NCBI GenBank assembly: GCA_050253415.1
Contig: JBFWJC010000001.1
Span: forward strand, 1,576,679-1,640,678
Origin: Pedobacter sp.
GTDB taxonomy: Bacteria; Desulfobacterota; Desulfuromonadia; Desulfuromonadales; Syntrophotaleaceae
Direction: 5' to 3'
DNA: 64,000 bases
The translations under genes and the position numbers were made by a program. Under the pieces are notes generated by a model that worked only from the letters and a program-made list of their open reading frames with translations, searched no databases and was not told the DNA's origin. Positions 29,671 to 40,825 of the stretch are shown here, in pieces (within the stretch, counting starts at the first letter, position 1; each line of letters begins with the position of its first letter).

Positions 29671-30766
29671 ATGTTTCGTGAAGTCAATGATGTGTTGGTA
29701 ACCCTCACAAAAAAGCTCGAAGAGCTGAGGAGGTATCTTTGACGTCGATGCCAAGAAGGAGCGCATCGCCGAACTAGAGGCCGAGATGGCTCGCCCCGGT
29801 TTTTGGGATGCGGGGGATCTTGCCCAGGAAGTTCTGAAAGAACGTACCGGTCTGGAAAAGCTGGTTGCCGCCTTTGATGAGTCCCATCAAGAACTCGAAG
29901 ATCTTCAGGTGTTGTCAGAGTTGGGCGCCGAAGGAGAAGATCAGGCAACCCTGGATGAGATTTCTACTCTCCTACCTGATCTGCAACGTCGTATTGAGAA
30001 GATGGAGTTTGCGCGGATGCTCTCCGGCGAACACGATGCGTGCAACGCTATTTTCAGCATCAATGCCGGGGCCGGTGGCACCGAGGCTCAGGATTGGGCC
30101 GATATGCTGTTGCGCATGTATCTGCGGTACTTCGAAAAACGGGGATTTAAGGCGGAATTGACCGATTATCAGCCCGGAGAAGAGGCCGGTATCAAGGGCG
30201 CTACGCTTACGGTTGCTGGCGATTACGCTTATGGCTGGTTGCGCGCCGAGATCGGTATTCATCGTCTTGTGCGGATCTCGCCTTTTGATTCCAACGCGCG
30301 GCGACACACGTCTTTTTGCTCGGTTTTCGTTTTTCCGGAATTGCCGGATGATGTTGAAGTCGAAATCAATGAAAAGGACCTTAAGGTCGATACCTATAGA
30401 TCAAGCGGCGCAGGTGGGCAGCATGTCAATAAAACCGATTCGGCTATCCGCATAACCCACGTTCCGACAGGTATTGTTGTCGCGTGCCAGAACGAACGCT
30501 CACAGCACAAAAACCGGGCTACGGCGATGAAGCAACTCAAGGCGCGTTTGTATGAACTTGAAGTGCGCAAAAAGAAAGAAGAGGCTTCTGCGATTGCCGG
30601 TGAAAAGATGGAGATTGGGTGGGGCAGTCAGATTCGTTCTTATGTACTGCATCCTTACCGGATGGTAAAGGATCATCGTACCAGTTTTGAATCAGGCAAT
30701 ACCGACGCTGTCCTGGATGGTGATCTGGATGGATTTATCGAGGCTTTTCTGTTGTCAGGAAAATAG
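29671..30766 (+). CDS. prfB: Peptide chain release factor 2, join(29671..29739, 29741..30766) via +1 programmed frameshift
   Basis: MFREVNDV...ELRRYL then AGGAGG-TAT-CTT-TGA-C; +1 frame continues DVDAKKERIAELE; SPF and GGQ motifs. Confidence 0.97.
29728..29743 (+). promoter_or_regulatory. prfB +1 ribosomal frameshift cassette
   Basis: Internal SD AGGAGG, 3-nt spacer, CTT TGA C. Confidence 0.96.
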
Positions 30767-30830
30767 ATATCTCACCAGGCTTGGGGCTTTTAAACGGGCC
30801 CTGAACCCTTGAGAAAGACTGGCTTTCTCC

Positions 30831-30859
30831 TTGACTTGCAGGGGACCATTGTTTAAGGT
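30831..30859 (+). promoter_or_regulatory. Putative sigma70 promoter for lysS
   Basis: TTGACT-17 bp-TAAGGT about 40 nt before the ATG. Confidence 0.55.
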
Positions 30860-30898
30860 GCCTTGTTTGCCAAAATGCAAGGAAAAGGAAGGAAATCG

Positions 30899-32383
30899 AT
30901 GGAAGAATTAAACGATCTACTGCTGCAGCGCCGTGCTAAATTGGATGAATTTCGTGGAGAAGGGATCAATCCCTACGCCAACGATTTTGCCGTGACTGCC
31001 ACCACCGGGGATGTTGTTGCTGCCCACGGTGAACAGGATGGCGCAGCACTTGAAAACATTAATCATCATTATTCTCTGGCCGGGCGCATCATGGCTCGCC
31101 GGGATTTTGGCAAGGCTGCCTTTATACAGCTTCAGGACCGCAATGGCCGGCTGCAGGTGTTTGTGCGCCGTGACAATGTCGGCGAGGAAGCGTATCAGCT
31201 GTTTCGCAAGCTCGACATCGGAGACATCGTCGGTGTGTCGGGTAAGCCTTTTCGGACCAAAACCAATGAGTTGTCCCTGCGGGCCGATGCTATCCGTTTG
31301 CTGACCAAGTCGCTGCAGCCCCTGCCTGAAAAATGGCATGGCTTGACCGATGTGGAAATGCGTTATCGGCAGCGTTATCTCGATCTGATTGTTAATCCCG
31401 ATGTGCAGGCGGTATTCAAGAAGCGTAGCCAGATTGTCAGCTTGATTCGCGACTTCATGGTGAAAAACGAGTTCCTCGAGGTCGAGACGCCGATGATGCA
31501 GCCCGTTGCAGGCGGTGCCACGGCCCGTCCGTTTGTGACGCATCACAATACCCTCAAGATGGATCTGTTTTTGCGCATCGCACCGGAGCTCTACCTGAAG
31601 CGTCTTGTGGTGGGTGGCTTTGAGCGGGTCTTCGAGATCAATCGCAATTTCCGCAACGAGGGTATTTCCATTCAGCACAATCCCGAATTTACCATGATGG
31701 AATTTTATCAGGCCTATGCAACCTACGAAGACCTGATGGATTTTACCGAAAAGCTCATCTGCCATGTGGCGGAACAAGTGGTCGGTTCCCTCAAGTTTCC
31801 CTATGGCGGTCGCGAAGTTGATCTGACTGCTCCCTGGGACCGCTTGACGGTCAAGGAAGCGATCATCAAGTACGGCGAGATCGAACCGGGAGTGCTTGAG
31901 GATAAGGCCCAGTGCCTGGCCTATGCCAGGAGTCTCGGACTGGATTTTGACGACACCATCGGCTATGGCAAGTTGCTGACCGAAATCTTCGACGAGGTGG
32001 CGGAGCCTAAGTTGTGGAACCCGACCTTTATCACTCAGTACCCGACCGAGGTTTCCCCCTTGTCACGCAAAAACGACACCAATCCCGAAGTGGTCGATCG
32101 CTTTGAATTGTTTGTTGTTGGCCGTGAGCTGGCCAATGCTTTTTCCGAATTGAATGATCCCATCGATCAAAAAGAGCGGTTCGCCAAGCAGCTTTTGGAA
32201 AAAGAGGCCGGTGATGAAGAAGCGCATGCCATGGATGAAGACTATATTCGTGCCTTGGAGTACGGATTGCCTCCCACGGCAGGTGAAGGGATCGGTATTG
32301 ACCGCTTGGTCATGCTGCTGACCGATGCGCCTTCCATCCGGGAAGTCATTCTCTTTCCCCAGTTGCGTCCGGAAGTCAGGTAG
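30899..32383 (+). CDS. lysS: Lysine-tRNA ligase (class II)
   Basis: PLPEKWHGL, RYRQRYLDL, LRIAPELYLK, FRNEG, HNPEFT, GEGIGIDRL. Confidence 0.98.
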   Translation: MEELNDLLLQRRAKLDEFRGEGINPYANDFAVTATTGDVVAAHGEQDGAALENINHHYSLAGRIMARRDFGKAAFIQLQDRNGRLQVFVRRDNVGEEAYQLFRKLDIGDIVGVSGKPFRTKTNELSLRADAIRLLTKSLQPLPEKWHGLTDVEMRYRQRYLDLIVNPDVQAVFKKRSQIVSLIRDFMVKNEFLEVETPMMQPVAGGATARPFVTHHNTLKMDLFLRIAPELYLKRLVVGGFERVFEINRNFRNEGISIQHNPEFTMMEFYQAYATYEDLMDFTEKLICHVAEQVVGSLKFPYGGREVDLTAPWDRLTVKEAIIKYGEIEPGVLEDKAQCLAYARSLGLDFDDTIGYGKLLTEIFDEVAEPKLWNPTFITQYPTEVSPLSRKNDTNPEVVDRFELFVVGRELANAFSELNDPIDQKERFAKQLLEKEAGDEEAHAMDEDYIRALEYGLPPTAGEGIGIDRLVMLLTDAPSIREVILFPQLRPEVR

Positions 32384-32393
32384 TTTTCTCTGT

Positions 32394-32428
32394 GGGGTGG
32401 ACTTGTTTCCCAGGTCCGCCCCCGTTTT
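32394..32428 (+). terminator. Probable terminator after lysS
   Basis: GGGGTGGACTTG-tttcc-CAGGTCCGCCCC (G-U pairs) then a short T tract. Confidence 0.6.
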
Positions 32429-32443
32429 CCCTTTGGGAGATTC

Positions 32444-33697
32444 ATGGGCTACGAATGGTTTGTCAGCCTGCGCTATCTGCGGGCCAAACGCAAGCAGACT
32501 TTTATCTCGGTCATCTCTTTTATTTCCATCGCTGGAGTGACTCTCGGTGTGGCGGCTCTCATCGTCGTTTTGGCGGTGATGACCGGTTTTCACGACGGGG
32601 TAAGGCAGCAGATTCTCGGCAATGTACCGCATGTCCTGATTCAGCAGCAAGGCGGCGCTATTGAAGGCTACCGGGATCTCGTTGATAAGGTCAAACTCCA
32701 GGTCCCTGAGGCTGTCGCGGTCAATCCTTTTGTCAGCAAGGAAGCTATGCTTCTTGCGCATCGCAATGTCGCCGCGGTCAGCGTCAAAGGGATAGAGCGA
32801 GGCAATAAGGTTTTTTCGCAGCCCTTCCTTAATCTGGACAGTACACAAGTTCAGCAGGCCTTGTTCCGTGAACAGGATGGGATGCCCGGGATTGTACTCG
32901 GCCTGGATACCGCGGCTTCTCTCGGAGTGACCCTGGGCGACAGTGTCAATGTTATCCCGCCCAAATTCAACGTTACGCCTTTTGGTCTGATCCCCAAGAT
33001 GAAACCTTTCAGGGTGGTGGGGATATTCCAACATCGGGGTGGTTTTCTCGATGCCTATTTTGCGTATGTCGACCTGGCCCAGGCCCAACAATTTCTCAAT
33101 ACCAATGGCCAGGTCAGTGGGGTGGAAATTGAACTGGCCTCTTTTGAGCAATCGCGCCTGGTGACCAGTCGTCTACGTGAAAAGTTACCTTTTCCCTACC
33201 TCGTCAGTTCCTGGGAAGACCTGTTCGGTTCCTTTCTGTCCGCCCTTAAACTTGAAAAACTCGGCCTTTTTATCGTACTTGGGATTATCGTGCTGGTGGC
33301 TGCCTTCAATATTGCCACCACCTTGATCATGGTGGTCATGGAGAAACATAAAGATATCGCCATACTCAGATCCATGGGGGCCACTTCTCGCAGTATCCTG
33401 CAGATTTTTGTGTTTCAAGGTTTTATCATCGGGACTCTCGGCACGGCTCTGGGGACGGTTTTAGGCGTTGCCCTGGCCAGCAATGCCGATCCTATTATAA
33501 AGGGATTGGAAAGTCTGCTTAAGGTAAGGATTTTTGACCAGGCGGTCTATGGAATGGAGCGCTTTCCTTCGGTCGTTCATTTTGATGATGTGGTCGCGGT
33601 TGCGATGATGGCCATGGTCATCTGTCTGATGGCAACCATTTACCCGGCATGGCGAGCGTCCCGGATGGATCCGGGCGAAGCCCTGCGTTACGAGTAG
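32444..33697 (+). CDS. Lipoprotein-releasing ABC transporter permease (LolC/E family)
   Basis: [47 protein letters not shown]...P.EALRYE. Confidence 0.95.
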   Translation: MGYEWFVSLRYLRAKRKQTFISVISFISIAGVTLGVAALIVVLAVMTGFHDGVRQQILGNVPHVLIQQQGGAIEGYRDLVDKVKLQVPEAVAVNPFVSKEAMLLAHRNVAAVSVKGIERGNKVFSQPFLNLDSTQVQQALFREQDGMPGIVLGLDTAASLGVTLGDSVNVIPPKFNVTPFGLIPKMKPFRVVGIFQHRGGFLDAYFAYVDLAQAQQFLNTNGQVSGVEIELASFEQSRLVTSRLREKLPFPYLVSSWEDLFGSFLSALKLEKLGLFIVLGIIVLVAAFNIATTLIMVVMEKHKDIAILRSMGATSRSILQIFVFQGFIIGTLGTALGTVLGVALASNADPIIKGLESLLKVRIFDQAVYGMERFPSVVHFDDVVAVAMMAMVICLMATIYPAWRASRMDPGEALRYE

Positions 33698-33710
33698 TGA
33701 GGCGGCCACA

Positions 33711-34376
33711 ATGATTGAAGTAAGTAATTTATGTAAAAGTTTCATCAACGGGACCAGGCGTGTCGATGTTCTTTCGCAGGTCGATTTAAGGATCGACATG
33801 GGCGAAAGAGTTGCGGTGGTCGGTGCATCGGGCGCGGGTAAGTCGTCCTTGATGCATATCCTCGGGGGGTTGGATCGCCCGACCAGCGGCGATGTGCGCT
33901 ATGACGGTCAGGATATATTCAGTTTGCGCGGTGCCGAGCTTGACGGTTTTCGCAATCGCACACTCGGGTTTGTTTTTCAGTTCCACCAGTTGCTCCCTGA
34001 GTTCTCTGCCCTTGAAAATGTCATGATGCCCGCTTTAATCGCACGGTGGCCACGCAGTAAGGCCGAATCCGCGGCCAGGGAGTTGCTTTGTGAAGTCGGT
34101 CTTGAGCCGCGATTAAGTCATAAACCTGGTGAGCTGTCCGGGGGTGAGCAACAACGGGTGGCCATTGCCCGGGCTCTGGTGATGTCGCCCAGGGTACTGC
34201 TTGCCGACGAACCGACCGGTAATCTCGATAGTGGTACATCCGATAGTATTTATCGCTTGCTTACGCGTCTTCACGGTGCACGTGGCCTTACATTGATTAT
34301 TGTGACTCATGATACCCGTCTTGCTGCAGGGCTCGACCGTATTGTTCACATGGCGGATGGTCGGATCGTCGGCTAG
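33711..34376 (+). CDS. lolD: Lipoprotein-releasing ABC transporter ATPase
   Basis: [37 protein letters not shown]. Confidence 0.95.
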   Translation: MIEVSNLCKSFINGTRRVDVLSQVDLRIDMGERVAVVGASGAGKSSLMHILGGLDRPTSGDVRYDGQDIFSLRGAELDGFRNRTLGFVFQFHQLLPEFSALENVMMPALIARWPRSKAESAARELLCEVGLEPRLSHKPGELSGGEQQRVAIARALVMSPRVLLADEPTGNLDSGTSDSIYRLLTRLHGARGLTLIIVTHDTRLAAGLDRIVHMADGRIVG

Positions 34377-34448
34377 ATTGGGGTTTACACCCCTATGCTC
34401 TTTACCTATAATGACCCACTTACCTTGCCTTCTCGGAGTATTGGTTGC

Positions 34449-36695
34449 ATGAAAAATCGTTTGATGATCTGGCTGATGATAGTGCTGTTGTTGATACCCG
34501 TTACCGGGACGGCTTCACCCCTTGTGGTGGATCAGGTTCTGGTTGAAGGTAACCGTCGTGTAGAACGCAGCTACATCGAGGGCGTACTTTCGGTCACTCC
34601 AGGAAAGCCGGTCTCAACTGAGGACATCGATCGGGATATAGCAGCCATTTTCAAAACCGGGCGGTTTCAGGATGTGGCGGCGGAACTGGTGGAACGCGAG
34701 GGTCAGAAGGTACTTGTTTTCAAGGTTACCGAACGCCCTTTGTTGCGCAAGGTCGCTTTTACGGGTAATTCGGAAATCAAAACTGACAAACTTGGCGAAA
34801 TGGTCAATGCTCAGAAGATCGAGTTCTTTCGACCTCAGGTCGTTCGTGAAGCCACCGAGATCATCAAGCGTGCGTATGTCGAAGAGGGGTATTACGCTAC
34901 CGAAATCGATGCCAAGGTCGATATCAACGATCGCCAGGAAGCCACCATTACCTTCAATATCGATGAGGGTGACAAGGTCTACGTAACCGATATCCAATTT
35001 GAGGGTAATACGGTTTTCAAGGATAAAGAACTGAAAAAGGTCATGTTATCCAAGGAAAAGTGGTTCCTCTCCTTCATTACAGGTCGGGGTGGCTACAAGG
35101 AGGAAATGACCAAAGTTGATCGGGATATCATTGCAGATCAATACTATAACGAGGGTTATATACAGGTCCGAGTAAAAGGCCCGGTCGTGAACCTGCTGCC
35201 GGATAAAAAATCGATGGAACTGTTGTATGAAATCGAAGAGGGTAAACAGTTTTTCGTCGGAAATCTCGATATTTCAGGTGATCTTCTTAAGGACAAACAG
35301 GACCTCCTGGGCAGTATGACGCTGCATGAGGGCGATGTTTTCAGTCGCAAAGTGATGCGGGAAGACATGCTCAAGCTCAATGATCTTTATGCCGACACCG
35401 GATACGCCTATGTCAATGTCACGCCCGAAACCCAGGTTGATGAGCAGGCCAATAAAGTCGATATTGTTTATGACGTTGAACAAGGACTCAAGGCGCGCAT
35501 AGGTCGTATCAATATCTCCGGTAATACGCGTACCCGTGACAAGGTAGTCAGGCGGCAGGTCAAATTGGCGGAAGGTGATACCTATAGTGCGTCTTTGATC
35601 AAAGACAGCCGCCGCAAGATCAATAATCTCGGTTATTTTGACGAAGTGAATCTGACGACCCGCAAGGGCGATGATCTGTCGTTAATGGATATCGATATTG
35701 ACCTCAAAGAGCGTGCTACCGGAAGTTTCAGTGTCGGTGCCGGGTTTTCCTCGGTGGACGGCTTGTTGTTTCAGGGTTCCGTATCCCAGGATAATTTTTT
35801 GGGACGAGGACTGCGGCTTGATTTGTCCGGTTCATTGGGCGGAAGCAGCACGGTATATCGGGTAGGTCTGCTTGATCCGTATTTCCTGGATCGTGATCTG
35901 GCTTTGGGTTTTGATGTGTACGACACCGTGCGGGAATGGACCGATTTTGATCGGGAGACGACCGGTGGCGATATTAAACTTGGTTTGCCGATTACCGAAG
36001 ATATTCGATCTTTTTTTGTATATCGGTATGAAAAGAAAAACATTACCGAGGTGGATGACGATGCCAGTTGGATGATCAAGGAACAGGAGGGTAAACATAC
36101 CCTGTCATCGATTACTGCATCCTTGTCGCGCAATACGACCGATTTCCGTCCCGAACCCAGCCGTGGCAACATCTCCGAACTTGCTATCGAATATGCGGGG
36201 CTTGGTGGCAGTGAGAAGTTTATCAAGTATACAGCTGACCATCGTTATTTTTATCCGCTGCCTTTGGGAATGGTCTTCAGCGCTCATGGACAGATCGGTT
36301 ATATACAGGAAATGGGTGGCGAATCGATTCCGTTGGATGAGCGGTTTTTTCTTGGCGGGATGAATTCGCTGCGGGGCTTTGAGTCCCGTGAAGTCGGTCC
36401 GCGTGATCCTGACACAGGCGACTTTTACGGTGGCTCCAAGGAAGCTGTCTTTAATCTGGAGGTAACCTTTCCTTTGATTAAAGACATGAAAATGAAAGGT
36501 TTGGTATTCTTTGATACCGGCAATGCCTGGGACACCGATGAAACCATGTTCTCGGACATGCGTTACAGTGTCGGTGCCGGCATAAGTTGGAACAGTCCCA
36601 TGGGACCTCTGAGATTTGCCTGGGGCTACAATCTCAGTCCCAAGGAATGGGAAGAACCATCCGCCTTTGATTTTTCGGTAGGTAAATCGTTCTAA
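34449..36695 (+). CDS. bamA: Outer membrane protein assembly factor BamA
   Basis: Signal peptide, POTRA repeats (GN.R, GNT.TRDKV.RR), LRGF, SPMGP, C-terminal F. Confidence 0.96.
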   Translation: MKNRLMIWLMIVLLLIPVTGTASPLVVDQVLVEGNRRVERSYIEGVLSVTPGKPVSTEDIDRDIAAIFKTGRFQDVAAELVEREGQKVLVFKVTERPLLRKVAFTGNSEIKTDKLGEMVNAQKIEFFRPQVVREATEIIKRAYVEEGYYATEIDAKVDINDRQEATITFNIDEGDKVYVTDIQFEGNTVFKDKELKKVMLSKEKWFLSFITGRGGYKEEMTKVDRDIIADQYYNEGYIQVRVKGPVVNLLPDKKSMELLYEIEEGKQFFVGNLDISGDLLKDKQDLLGSMTLHEGDVFSRKVMREDMLKLNDLYADTGYAYVNVTPETQVDEQANKVDIVYDVEQGLKARIGRINISGNTRTRDKVVRRQVKLAEGDTYSASLIKDSRRKINNLGYFDEVNLTTRKGDDLSLMDIDIDLKERATGSFSVGAGFSSVDGLLFQGSVSQDNFLGRGLRLDLSGSLGGSSTVYRVGLLDPYFLDRDLALGFDVYDTVREWTDFDRETTGGDIKLGLPITEDIRSFFVYRYEKKNITEVDDDASWMIKEQEGKHTLSSITASLSRNTTDFRPEPSRGNISELAIEYAGLGGSEKFIKYTADHRYFYPLPLGMVFSAHGQIGYIQEMGGESIPLDERFFLGGMNSLRGFESREVGPRDPDTGDFYGGSKEAVFNLEVTFPLIKDMKMKGLVFFDTGNAWDTDETMFSDMRYSVGAGISWNSPMGPLRFAWGYNLSPKEWEEPSAFDFSVGKSF

Positions 36696-36776
36696 GAGCT
36701 TTTGAGGGTGCTCGCGTTAAATAATTAGTGAGGGTCAGGCCTGATCTATTTAAACTTAACTTTAAAGGAGTTTTAA

Positions 36777-37301
36777 ATGAAAAAGATCTTTGGATTTCTG
36801 ATTGCTGTTATGTTGTTGGCCGCTGTACCTGCCGGAGCTGCAAATGGTAAAGTCGGCGTCATTGATCTGCAGAAGGTTTTGCGTACCTCCGCTGCAGGGC
36901 AAGCTGCGCAGAAAACCATAGCTGACAAAGCGCAGGCTTTTCAGAAAACCATGCAGGGTCGGCAAAATGATCTGAAAAAGCTCAATGATGATTTTGAAAA
37001 ACAGAAAATGATAATGTCCAAAGAAGCGATCGCTGACAAAGAGCGTGACCTGCAGCAGAAGGTCAAAGATTTTCAGCGTTTTGGAAAAGACGCCCAGGAA
37101 GAATTGCAGCAAGAAGATCGCCAGGCAACTTCTCGAATTCTTGACGAAGTCGCCAAGGTTGTAAAAGATCTCGGTGCCAAGGGTGGCTACGATGTCATCG
37201 TAGAAAAAAGCACGACCTTGTACACTGCGGACAGCATTGATCTGACAGATCAGGTTGTTAAGGCCTACGACAAAAAATTCGCACAGACCAAGGGCAAGTA
37301 A
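36777..37301 (+). CDS. skp: Periplasmic chaperone Skp/OmpH
   Basis: Signal peptide, KVGVID, coiled coil, DLTDQV; lies between bamA and lpxD. Confidence 0.93.
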   Translation: MKKIFGFLIAVMLLAAVPAGAANGKVGVIDLQKVLRTSAAGQAAQKTIADKAQAFQKTMQGRQNDLKKLNDDFEKQKMIMSKEAIADKERDLQQKVKDFQRFGKDAQEELQQEDRQATSRILDEVAKVVKDLGAKGGYDVIVEKSTTLYTADSIDLTDQVVKAYDKKFAQTKGK

Positions 37302-37312
37302 AGGAGACCGTT

Positions 37313-38344
37313 ATGGCGACCTTGATGGAATTGGCGGAATTGATTGGTGGAACGGTGGTGGGTGACGGGTCCGTGACCATCAATCGCATGGCGCCTATCG
37401 ATACGGCTGGCCCCGGTGACATTACCTTTATTGCCAACCCGAAATACCTGGCAAAACTCAAGGATACCACCGCATCGGCTGTTATTATCAAGCCGGGGAT
37501 TGAATGCCCCGGCGTTTCATTGCTGGTTTGCGACAATCCCTACCTGGGATTTGCCAAGGCGCTCACCGCGCTTCATGTGAAGCGCCCTGAACCCCAGGGT
37601 GTGATGGAAGGAGCCTTTGTCTCGGACGAAGCCGAACTGGGCGCTGACGTCACCATCCATCCGGGATGCGTCGTCGGGAAAAAAGCGCGCATCGGTCGTG
37701 GTACGATTCTCTATCCCGGTGTGGTGGTTTACGATGGCGTGCAGATCGGTGAAGACTGTCTTATTCATGCCGGTGTTCTTATTCGTGAACAGTGCCGTCT
37801 CGGCAATCGTGTCGTGGTTCAGCCCGGTGCGGTCATCGGATCGGATGGCTTCGGTTTTGCCCCCGACGGGAAAAGTTATTATAAAATCCCGCAGATGGGG
37901 ATTGTCGGTATCGAAGACGATGTTGAAGTCGGAGCCAATGTCTGTATTGACCGTGCTGCCATGGGCGTAACGCTCATCAAGCGTGGTACCAAAATTGATA
38001 ACCTGGTGCAGATTGCCCATAATGTTACCGTCGGTGAAGATACCATCCTGGTGGCCCAGGTCGGCATTGCCGGCAGCAGTAAGATCGGCAATCACTGTAC
38101 TCTTGGTGGACAGGTTGGCGTATCGGGTCATATCAAGATTGGTGACAATACCATGGTTGCTGCACAAAGCGGCATCATCAGCGATCTGCCGGAAGGGCAG
38201 GTTTTTTCCGGTACACCGACCATGCCTCATCGGGATTGGCTGAGAGCTTCTGCAGGTGTGAAAAACTTGCCTGCCATGCGTAAAACCATCAGCAGCTTGC
38301 AAAAACGGATCGATGAACTGGAAAAGCTTGTCAAGGAAAGGTAA
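37313..38344 (+). CDS. lpxD: UDP-3-O-acyl-glucosamine N-acyltransferase
   Basis: Hexapeptide repeats, [23 protein letters not shown]. Confidence 0.97.
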   Translation: MATLMELAELIGGTVVGDGSVTINRMAPIDTAGPGDITFIANPKYLAKLKDTTASAVIIKPGIECPGVSLLVCDNPYLGFAKALTALHVKRPEPQGVMEGAFVSDEAELGADVTIHPGCVVGKKARIGRGTILYPGVVVYDGVQIGEDCLIHAGVLIREQCRLGNRVVVQPGAVIGSDGFGFAPDGKSYYKIPQMGIVGIEDDVEVGANVCIDRAAMGVTLIKRGTKIDNLVQIAHNVTVGEDTILVAQVGIAGSSKIGNHCTLGGQVGVSGHIKIGDNTMVAAQSGIISDLPEGQVFSGTPTMPHRDWLRASAGVKNLPAMRKTISSLQKRIDELEKLVKER

Positions 38345-38348
38345 TAGC

Positions 38349-38792
38349 ATGACCCTCGAAATTCTTGATATCATGAAGTTATTACCGCACCGTTACCCTT
38401 TTTTGCTTGTGGATCGCATTGTCGATCTCGAGCCGGGTAAATGCGCAGTCGGTATTAAAAATGTTACTATCAACGAGCCTTTCTTCCAGGGACATTATCC
38501 CGGTCATCCGATCATGCCCGGCGTTTTGATCATCGAAGCCATGGCTCAGGTTGGAGGAGCAGTTGCCGCATTGACTGCTGGAGACAAAGGCGATCAGGTG
38601 CCTTACTTCACCGGCATCAATAAAGCCCGTTTTCGTCGCCCGGTAGGCCCCGGAGACGTCCTGCGACTGCAGTTGGATCTGCTCAGCAGTCGGCGAGGTC
38701 TGTATATTTTTGACGGTAAAGCTTATGTCGACGGCAACCTGGTTGCCGAGGCAGAACTGAAAGCGGTTTTCGCACCGCGGGCACAGGATTGA
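38349..38792 (+). CDS. fabZ: 3-hydroxyacyl-ACP dehydratase
   Basis: [28 protein letters not shown]. Confidence 0.97.
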   Translation: MTLEILDIMKLLPHRYPFLLVDRIVDLEPGKCAVGIKNVTINEPFFQGHYPGHPIMPGVLIIEAMAQVGGAVAALTAGDKGDQVPYFTGINKARFRRPVGPGDVLRLQLDLLSSRRGLYIFDGKAYVDGNLVAEAELKAVFAPRAQD

Positions 38793-38796
38793 TACC

Positions 38797-39567
38797 ATGA
38801 TTCATTCAACGGCAATTGTCCATGACGGTGCGCGGATACACGAAAGTGTCGAAATCGGCCCTTATGCTGTGATCGGCTCGAACGTATCTATTGAAGAGGG
38901 TACCCGAGTAGGTGCACATGCCGTCATAGAAGGATGGACTGAAATCGGGAAAGATAATCGCATCTTTCAGTTCACATCGATCGGGGCCGACCCTCAGGAT
39001 CTTAAATTCCATGGTGAAGTTTCCAGCTTGCGCATTGGTGATCGCAATACCATACGCGAGTTTGTAACCATGCACCGGGGTACCGAAGACGGTGGTAGTG
39101 AAACCGTGGTCGGTAACGATAATCTGTTTATGGCTTATGCACATGTGGCACACGACTGCGTTATCGGTAACCGGGTTATTCTGGCGAACGGTGCCACTCT
39201 TGGTGGCCATGTAAGGGTTGAGGATTGGGCCATTCTCGGCGGGCTGTCTGCGGTTCATCAGTTCACCCGTATCGGGAGTCATGCAATGATCAGCGGCGGC
39301 AGCATGGTGGCGCAGGATATCGCGCCCTACCTTATTGCTCAGGGTGACAGGGCCAAAGCCGTCGGTATCAACTTGATAGGTCTCAAACGGCGGAACTTTT
39401 CCGATGAGACCTTACGTGATATCAAGCAGGCTTATAAGTTGATGTTTCGCAGTAATCTGCGTCAGGAAGAGGCCCTTGCGCGTATTACCGCCGAAGTCTC
39501 TGATGCCCCCGAGATTCAAGCGTTTGTCGACTTTATACGGGCCAGTGAACGGGGTGTGGCGCGATGA
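38797..39567 (+). CDS. lpxA: UDP-N-acetylglucosamine acyltransferase
   Basis: IH.TAIV, PQDLKF, IREFVT.HRGT, HVAHDC, HQF. Confidence 0.97.
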   Translation: MIHSTAIVHDGARIHESVEIGPYAVIGSNVSIEEGTRVGAHAVIEGWTEIGKDNRIFQFTSIGADPQDLKFHGEVSSLRIGDRNTIREFVTMHRGTEDGGSETVVGNDNLFMAYAHVAHDCVIGNRVILANGATLGGHVRVEDWAILGGLSAVHQFTRIGSHAMISGGSMVAQDIAPYLIAQGDRAKAVGINLIGLKRRNFSDETLRDIKQAYKLMFRSNLRQEEALARITAEVSDAPEIQAFVDFIRASERGVAR

Positions 39568-40508
39568 GCGATCTGCGGGCAGCCGTTATCGGGGTCGGAT
39601 ACCTGGGCCGTTTTCATGCCCAGAAGTATGCAGCTTTGCCCGGCGTAGAATTGATCGGCGTGGTTGATGTGGATCTGGCTGCTGCACAGAAGGTTGCGGC
39701 CGAGGTCGGTTGTCCCGCGTTTTCTGATTATCGTGAATTGATCGAACAAGTCGATCTGGCATCGATCGTCGTGCCTACCCACTTTCATTTTGCAGTAGCG
39801 AAAGAGTTTTTGGCTGCCGGGTGCCATGTGCTGGTGGAGAAGCCGATAACCGAAACGGTCTCCGAGGCGGAAGAGTTGATTGCCTTGGCGCGTCAACATG
39901 ATGCGATATTGCAGGTCGGTCATTTGGAACGCTTCAATCCAGCGATCGTTGCGCTTAACGGTGAATTGAACAAGCCCATGTTTATCGAATCTCACCGTTT
40001 AACCCCTTACCGCGGCCGGGGTACGGATGTGAATGTCGTACTCGATTTGATGATTCACGATATCGATATTATCCTCAACATGGTCAAATCGCCGCTTACC
40101 TCGATCCATGCATCCGGGGTTCCGGTGCTGTCTGGCGAGGTCGATATTGCCAATGCACGCCTCGAATTTGCCAGCGGATGCGTTGCCAATGTTACCGCAA
40201 GCCGCGTCAGTCGTGATGCCATGCGCAAGGTGAGGGTGTTCCAGCCGGACGCTTATTTCTCCATCGACTATCAGAAACGTAAGATTGCCGTTTGCCGTAA
40301 GGATGGAGCCGGGATGGTTCTTCCCGGTCTGCCGGGCATTACCATGCAGGAAAAAGGTTTTGCCGAAAGCGACGCTCTGATGGACGAAATTGGAGCCTTT
40401 GTCGCATCGGTCAAAAATGGTACGCCGCCTGTCGTCGGGGGCGAGGATGGTCGCCGTGCGCTCGAGGTGGCTTTGCAGATCAGCAGTCGCCTGGGTGGTG
40501 TGTTGTAA
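39564..40508 (+). CDS. gnnA: Gfo/Idh/MocA oxidoreductase, putative UDP-GlcNAc 3-dehydrogenase (GnnA-like)
   Basis: GVGYLG, EKP, GHLERFNP, DLMIHD; translationally coupled to lpxA. Confidence 0.8.
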   Translation: MSDLRAAVIGVGYLGRFHAQKYAALPGVELIGVVDVDLAAAQKVAAEVGCPAFSDYRELIEQVDLASIVVPTHFHFAVAKEFLAAGCHVLVEKPITETVSEAEELIALARQHDAILQVGHLERFNPAIVALNGELNKPMFIESHRLTPYRGRGTDVNVVLDLMIHDIDIILNMVKSPLTSIHASGVPVLSGEVDIANARLEFASGCVANVTASRVSRDAMRKVRVFQPDAYFSIDYQKRKIAVCRKDGAGMVLPGLPGITMQEKGFAESDALMDEIGAFVASVKNGTPPVVGGEDGRRALEVALQISSRLGGVL

Positions 40509-40537
40509 GGCCGCACCTGTCCTTGAACATACTGATT

Positions 40538-40571
40538 AAAAGGCGGGGCCCTATGCCAGTCCTCGCCTTTT
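40538..40571 (+). terminator. Probable terminator between gnnA-like and gnnB-like genes
   Basis: AAAAGGCGGGG...CCTCGCCTTTT. Confidence 0.6.
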
Positions 40572-40825
40572 GTTATTTGTCGTCATGACGAGTCCATCGA
40601 ACTGAATCGTACTATTTTTTGGTTTTTGTAGTTTCACCATTCTGCAATGAGGAAGAAGCTAGACCAAATATTCGATCTTCGCAGTTTTTGACATGCAGGC
40701 GTATCAGCCCGCACCTGTTTCGGCTTGCCATGCGCTGTTTTTGATTTATTTAGTCTCGGCTCCGTTGCATGGCTTGTGGTTGGAATTCCGGCGCTCAGGT
40801 AAATACGTTTTAAAAAGGATAAAAC

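Noticed and set aside
29235..29948. 237-aa minus-strand ORF across the prfB promoter and start
   Set aside because: Overlaps prfB and its promoter; composition is not protein-like
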